Shown here: positions 61,171 through 64,000 of the stretch, piece after piece
How the letters are laid out: every line of letters begins with the position of its first letter
Position numbering within the stretch: position 1 is the stretch's first letter
Assembly (NCBI GenBank): GCA_044226015.1
Contig: JBGAHS010000003.1
Coordinates: forward strand, 288,001 to 352,000
Reading direction: 5' to 3'
Source: Candidatus Obscuribacteraceae bacterium
GTDB taxonomy: Bacteria; Cyanobacteriota; Vampirovibrionia; Obscuribacterales; Obscuribacteraceae
Length of the DNA: 64,000 nucleotides
The notes under the pieces: model-generated
What the model was told of the DNA's origin: nothing
Seen by the model: the letters and a program-made list of their open reading frames with translations, nothing else
Databases searched by the model: none
Translations under genes and position numbers: made by a program

Positions 61171-61901
61171 ATTGGTCTCCAATCACGGACGAACACATCC
61201 GTGCTAAGGATATTTGAGCGGCACGAGCACTTCGAAATGCGCAAACTGTTAAGCGCATCTTGACCGTGTTCCATCTTGTATAAAGGCTCGTAGCTTGTAT
61301 TTAGTCCAATGGACCATTAAAGCTAGTCCGGCATATTCATCATATTTTTCATCGAGAAAGCAAGAATTACCTTCGGTATTTTGGATTCGAGCTTCTCACA
61401 AGTTCTAGACGGCATGCGGTTTCATTCTCTATCGGGATTTCAACCTCACTTCATCACGACAAAGTCATTCTTGCTGAAGTGGGCTAAGGAGAGGTTAAGG
61501 CCGATGTGGCGAGAAGACAATCCTTTGTGAATTATGTTGCGAAGAGTAAAACGCCTTCTCGCTGCTGAGCTAATTTCGCTTACCAAGCAAGCGTTTCAAC
61601 GCTCGCAAGAATGTAACTACAATTACCTAACGAAATATTGTTTACATCAGAACACTGCCGATGAGTCTGTAGACAATGTGAGTGCAAGAGATTACAGACA
61701 AGTGCCCGACAGTGCATCAGCGCTGTGTAAACAAAAACTGTTTTACAGTATTGTTTCAAAACTACTTCTGGCAGTGACTTATCTATTAACTAAGCAAGCT
61801 CAATTCCAAAATATGCAACAAGAAGCCAGCACTTGCTTTGCGGCGTGGTAGGACCGAGAAATAGTCGGCGCTGCAACACCTAGAACGCTTGGAAAAGATT
61901 C

Positions 61902-62252
61902 TCAACCAGGCACTGCGGGTACTACTATTCGAAGATCTGGCTCTTGGTGTACGAAAGTGATAACAATGAAGCCCTGGTCGCTGCCAGTGGAAGTTCGTTG
62001 CGTGTGCTTAGTAACCACAAATCCGCTGAGTGTCATCGATTCAACCAGCCCGCTTATGACGTCAGCTACGATTTCACAGTTGAGGTTCAGTGAAATGTTT
62101 GAAAACTGATGAAAATCTATAATCACACCGCCGCAGGCAGATATCAATTCTTCGATTACATGAACGCTATTCAGTCGGTCATTTCTGGTATGAGCTTCTA
62201 TCAAAAACACAATCAATCTCCGAATGCACGCCACTGCCAGTATAACGAACAA
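61902..62252 (-). CDS. Small hypothetical protein (ACT-like fold?)
   Basis: GGxIIDFHQFSNISL..EI and a C-terminal EPDLRIxVPAVPG that looks conserved. Start uncertain. Confidence 0.55.
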   Translation of the reverse strand: MFVILAVACIRRLIVFLIEAHTRNDRLNSVHVIEELISACGGVIIDFHQFSNISLNLNCEIVADVISGLVESMTLSGFVVTKHTQRTSTGSDQGFIVITFVHQEPDLRIVVPAVPG

Positions 62253-62391
62253 TTTTCATTGGCGTTGTCCCCTGTTCACTCGCTACCTTTTTCCAGCAGA
62301 ATTCTCTCATTATGCTATTAGATAGAACTGAACAAAAATTCTCGCTGCTGAGTTTACAATAAGGCGAAATCGACCTGCTTTTGGAGAGTCT

Positions 62392-62979
62392 ATGAACAAG
62401 ATCTTGTGGCTTGCACTATTAGTGATTCTTTCTACCGTCGCCCCTGGCTATGCTCAGTACGAAGGCAGTGTTAGCAAAACCAGCAAGCACAATGGTCCAG
62501 TTACAAAAGCAGTAAAAGTAACAGCCGGCGCCACAGTAAAGACGGGAAAAGTTGTCACCGGTGCCACAGTAAAGACGGGAAAAGTAGCAACCGGCGCTAC
62601 CATTAAAGCGGGCAAGGTTGTTACCGGCGCCACAATCAAAACAGGAAAAGTAGCAACTGGCGCTACAATCAAAGCGGGCAAGGTTGTTACCGGCGCCACA
62701 ATCAAGACAGGGAAAGTAGCAACCGGCGCTACCATTAAGACGGGCAAGGTTGTTACGGGTGCAACTATCAAGACAGGCAAGGTCGCAACCGGCGCCACCA
62801 TCAAGGCAGGAAAGGTCGTTACGGGTGCAACTATCAAGACGGGCAAAGTAGCAACCGGCGCTACTGTCAAAGCCGCTAAAGTAACTGCTGGAGTCACAGT
62901 TAAAGCATTCAAGGTATCTGCTAACGGAGTGAAGAAAGGCTTGAAGGGCACAGGTAATGTGCTAAAAAAGGTTTTCTAG
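62392..62979 (+). CDS. Secreted cationic protein with twelve 11-aa repeats
   Basis: Signal peptide (GYA|QY); (A/V)TGAT(I/V)K(T/A)GKV x12; GGAG RBS. Confidence 0.85.
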   Translation: MNKILWLALLVILSTVAPGYAQYEGSVSKTSKHNGPVTKAVKVTAGATVKTGKVVTGATVKTGKVATGATIKAGKVVTGATIKTGKVATGATIKAGKVVTGATIKTGKVATGATIKTGKVVTGATIKTGKVATGATIKAGKVVTGATIKTGKVATGATVKAAKVTAGVTVKAFKVSANGVKKGLKGTGNVLKKVF

Positions 62980-63111
62980 TACCCACTTCGCTGATGTGAG
63001 CTGCTTTATTCGCCAGAGTTTTGGTTATTTGCAAATTTTACCTTGAACAAACAAATTCGGTGATTCGTCTTACATAGCCAATGTAGAATAATTCTGCAGA
63101 GAGCGCAGGAC

Positions 63112-64000
63112 ATGATGAATCAATTCGAAATTCGAGTCAAGCACAGATCACCAGCATACAAACGGGCAATGCACGCGTTCGCCGTATTGTTTCCAATATG
63201 GGGCGTCATCTTGCCAATCATGCTGACGCTGTTTGTTCTGCTTCTCTTGCGATTGCCGGCCAATTTGCACTGGTTATACGCAATTGGAATAATATTGGCT
63301 CTGCTAGGAAGCATCGGAATATGCGCATTTTTTGCCCTGGTTTGCGATGATGATTGCCTGCGCATCACCCACGAGGGAATTCAATTTCCGCTGCGATTTG
63401 CCGCAGGACTTCGAGGGAAATTGTACCGTTCATGGGACGAACTAGCGGTGCTAAAACTGCGATGGGCAGGGTCACTTGATTTCACGCCGAACGAGTTTCT
63501 CGGACTTATTTTTAGTGATGGCGGAGCAATGACTATCAACTTGCGCCACTTTGATCGCGAGGAACTGCAGCAATTACTAACAGCCGTAAAAAACTGCGGC
63601 AAGAGCTGCGAGCTAGACCCAGAGTTCATGTTACTTGCACGAAAAGGCTTTGAGGCAACGCCTCTGAAAGAACGAACAGCGTCCGAGACGCTGCAGCCTT
63701 CGGCTTTTGGTGAGTTCGGAATGAAGTATGGTGCTCGTTCGACCATTGTGCGATGGTTCTCTGAATATTGGACCCCTCTCGACAAAATGCTCGCCCCCTG
63801 GCTGCTCGTCGGAATCTTGTGTGCACTTCTGGTATACGGACCACAGCTGTTACTGAATTTGACAAATTTTCTGCCAATAGAACAGCTAGGCAATTCAGGT
63901 GCGTCAATCATGGCGCACAACACACTACTGGCGGTGGCATCGCTTGCTCTTGCGGCAGCAGTCTTCAAGGTCCTCATTCCATTGCTAAAGCCGACTCATC
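63112..64000 (+). CDS. Polytopic membrane protein, N-terminal part (runs off the window); possibly another kinase
   Basis: AGGA-ATG; open to the window end (MMNQFEIRVKH...LLKPTH); TM pair plus a domain similar to the pre-kinase domain of 36817-39855. Absent from the ORF track. Confidence 0.8.
   Translation, partial: MMNQFEIRVKHRSPAYKRAMHAFAVLFPIWGVILPIMLTLFVLLLLRLPANLHWLYAIGIILALLGSIGICAFFALVCDDDCLRITHEGIQFPLRFAAGLRGKLYRSWDELAVLKLRWAGSLDFTPNEFLGLIFSDGGAMTINLRHFDREELQQLLTAVKNCGKSCELDPEFMLLARKGFEATPLKERTASETLQPSAFGEFGMKYGARSTIVRWFSEYWTPLDKMLAPWLLVGILCALLVYGPQLLLNLTNFLPIEQLGNSGASIMAHNTLLAVASLALAAAVFKVLIPLLKPTH

Noticed and set aside
61534..61851. 105-aa plus-strand ORF
   Set aside because: No RBS or motif; it overlaps the inverted-repeat element and is probably non-coding.
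62454..62951. Minus-strand 165-aa repeat ORF
   Set aside because: Shadow of the plus-strand gene, which has an RBS and a signal peptide.
63120..63977. Minus-strand ORFs in the track
   Set aside because: Antisense to a coherent plus-strand membrane protein open from 63112 to the window end.

Overview
A 64-kb, gene-dense bacterial chromosome segment. I see no rRNA, tRNA, CRISPR array, transposase or integrase. The guaA gene is cyanobacterial-type, there are no photosynthesis genes, and the window is rich in membrane Ser/Thr kinases, TPR proteins and a giant GNGG-repeat exoprotein. Together these suggest a non-photosynthetic Cyanobacteriota relative (Vampirovibrionia/Melainabacteria, probably Obscuribacterales); this is inference, not a database result. 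Recognisable blocks are: a paoABC-like molybdo-aldehyde oxidoreductase with xdhC and mocA, interrupted by an octaheme HAO-family cytochrome, a small cytochrome c and system-II (ccsB/ccsA) maturation genes; a bacteriophytochrome with no output domain; a hybrid histidine kinase; two kinases and a pseudokinase; guaA; a stand-alone MshEN-like protein; and GH15, GH18-like, GT2, SDR and UspA genes. The best candidate for an undescribed system is a VirB2/TrbC-pilin-like hairpin module ending in W-L-x-A-S-x-x-D-A-x-L. It occurs as a stand-alone gene with its own putative operators and terminator (3518-4021), grafted into an unrelated protein (35214-36590), and, as the terminal motif only, in the membrane region of the divergently transcribed neighbouring kinase (36817-39855). 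A second shared domain links the C-terminus of the giant exoprotein to the extracytoplasmic part of the hybrid histidine kinase. All family calls come from recalled motifs, not from searches.
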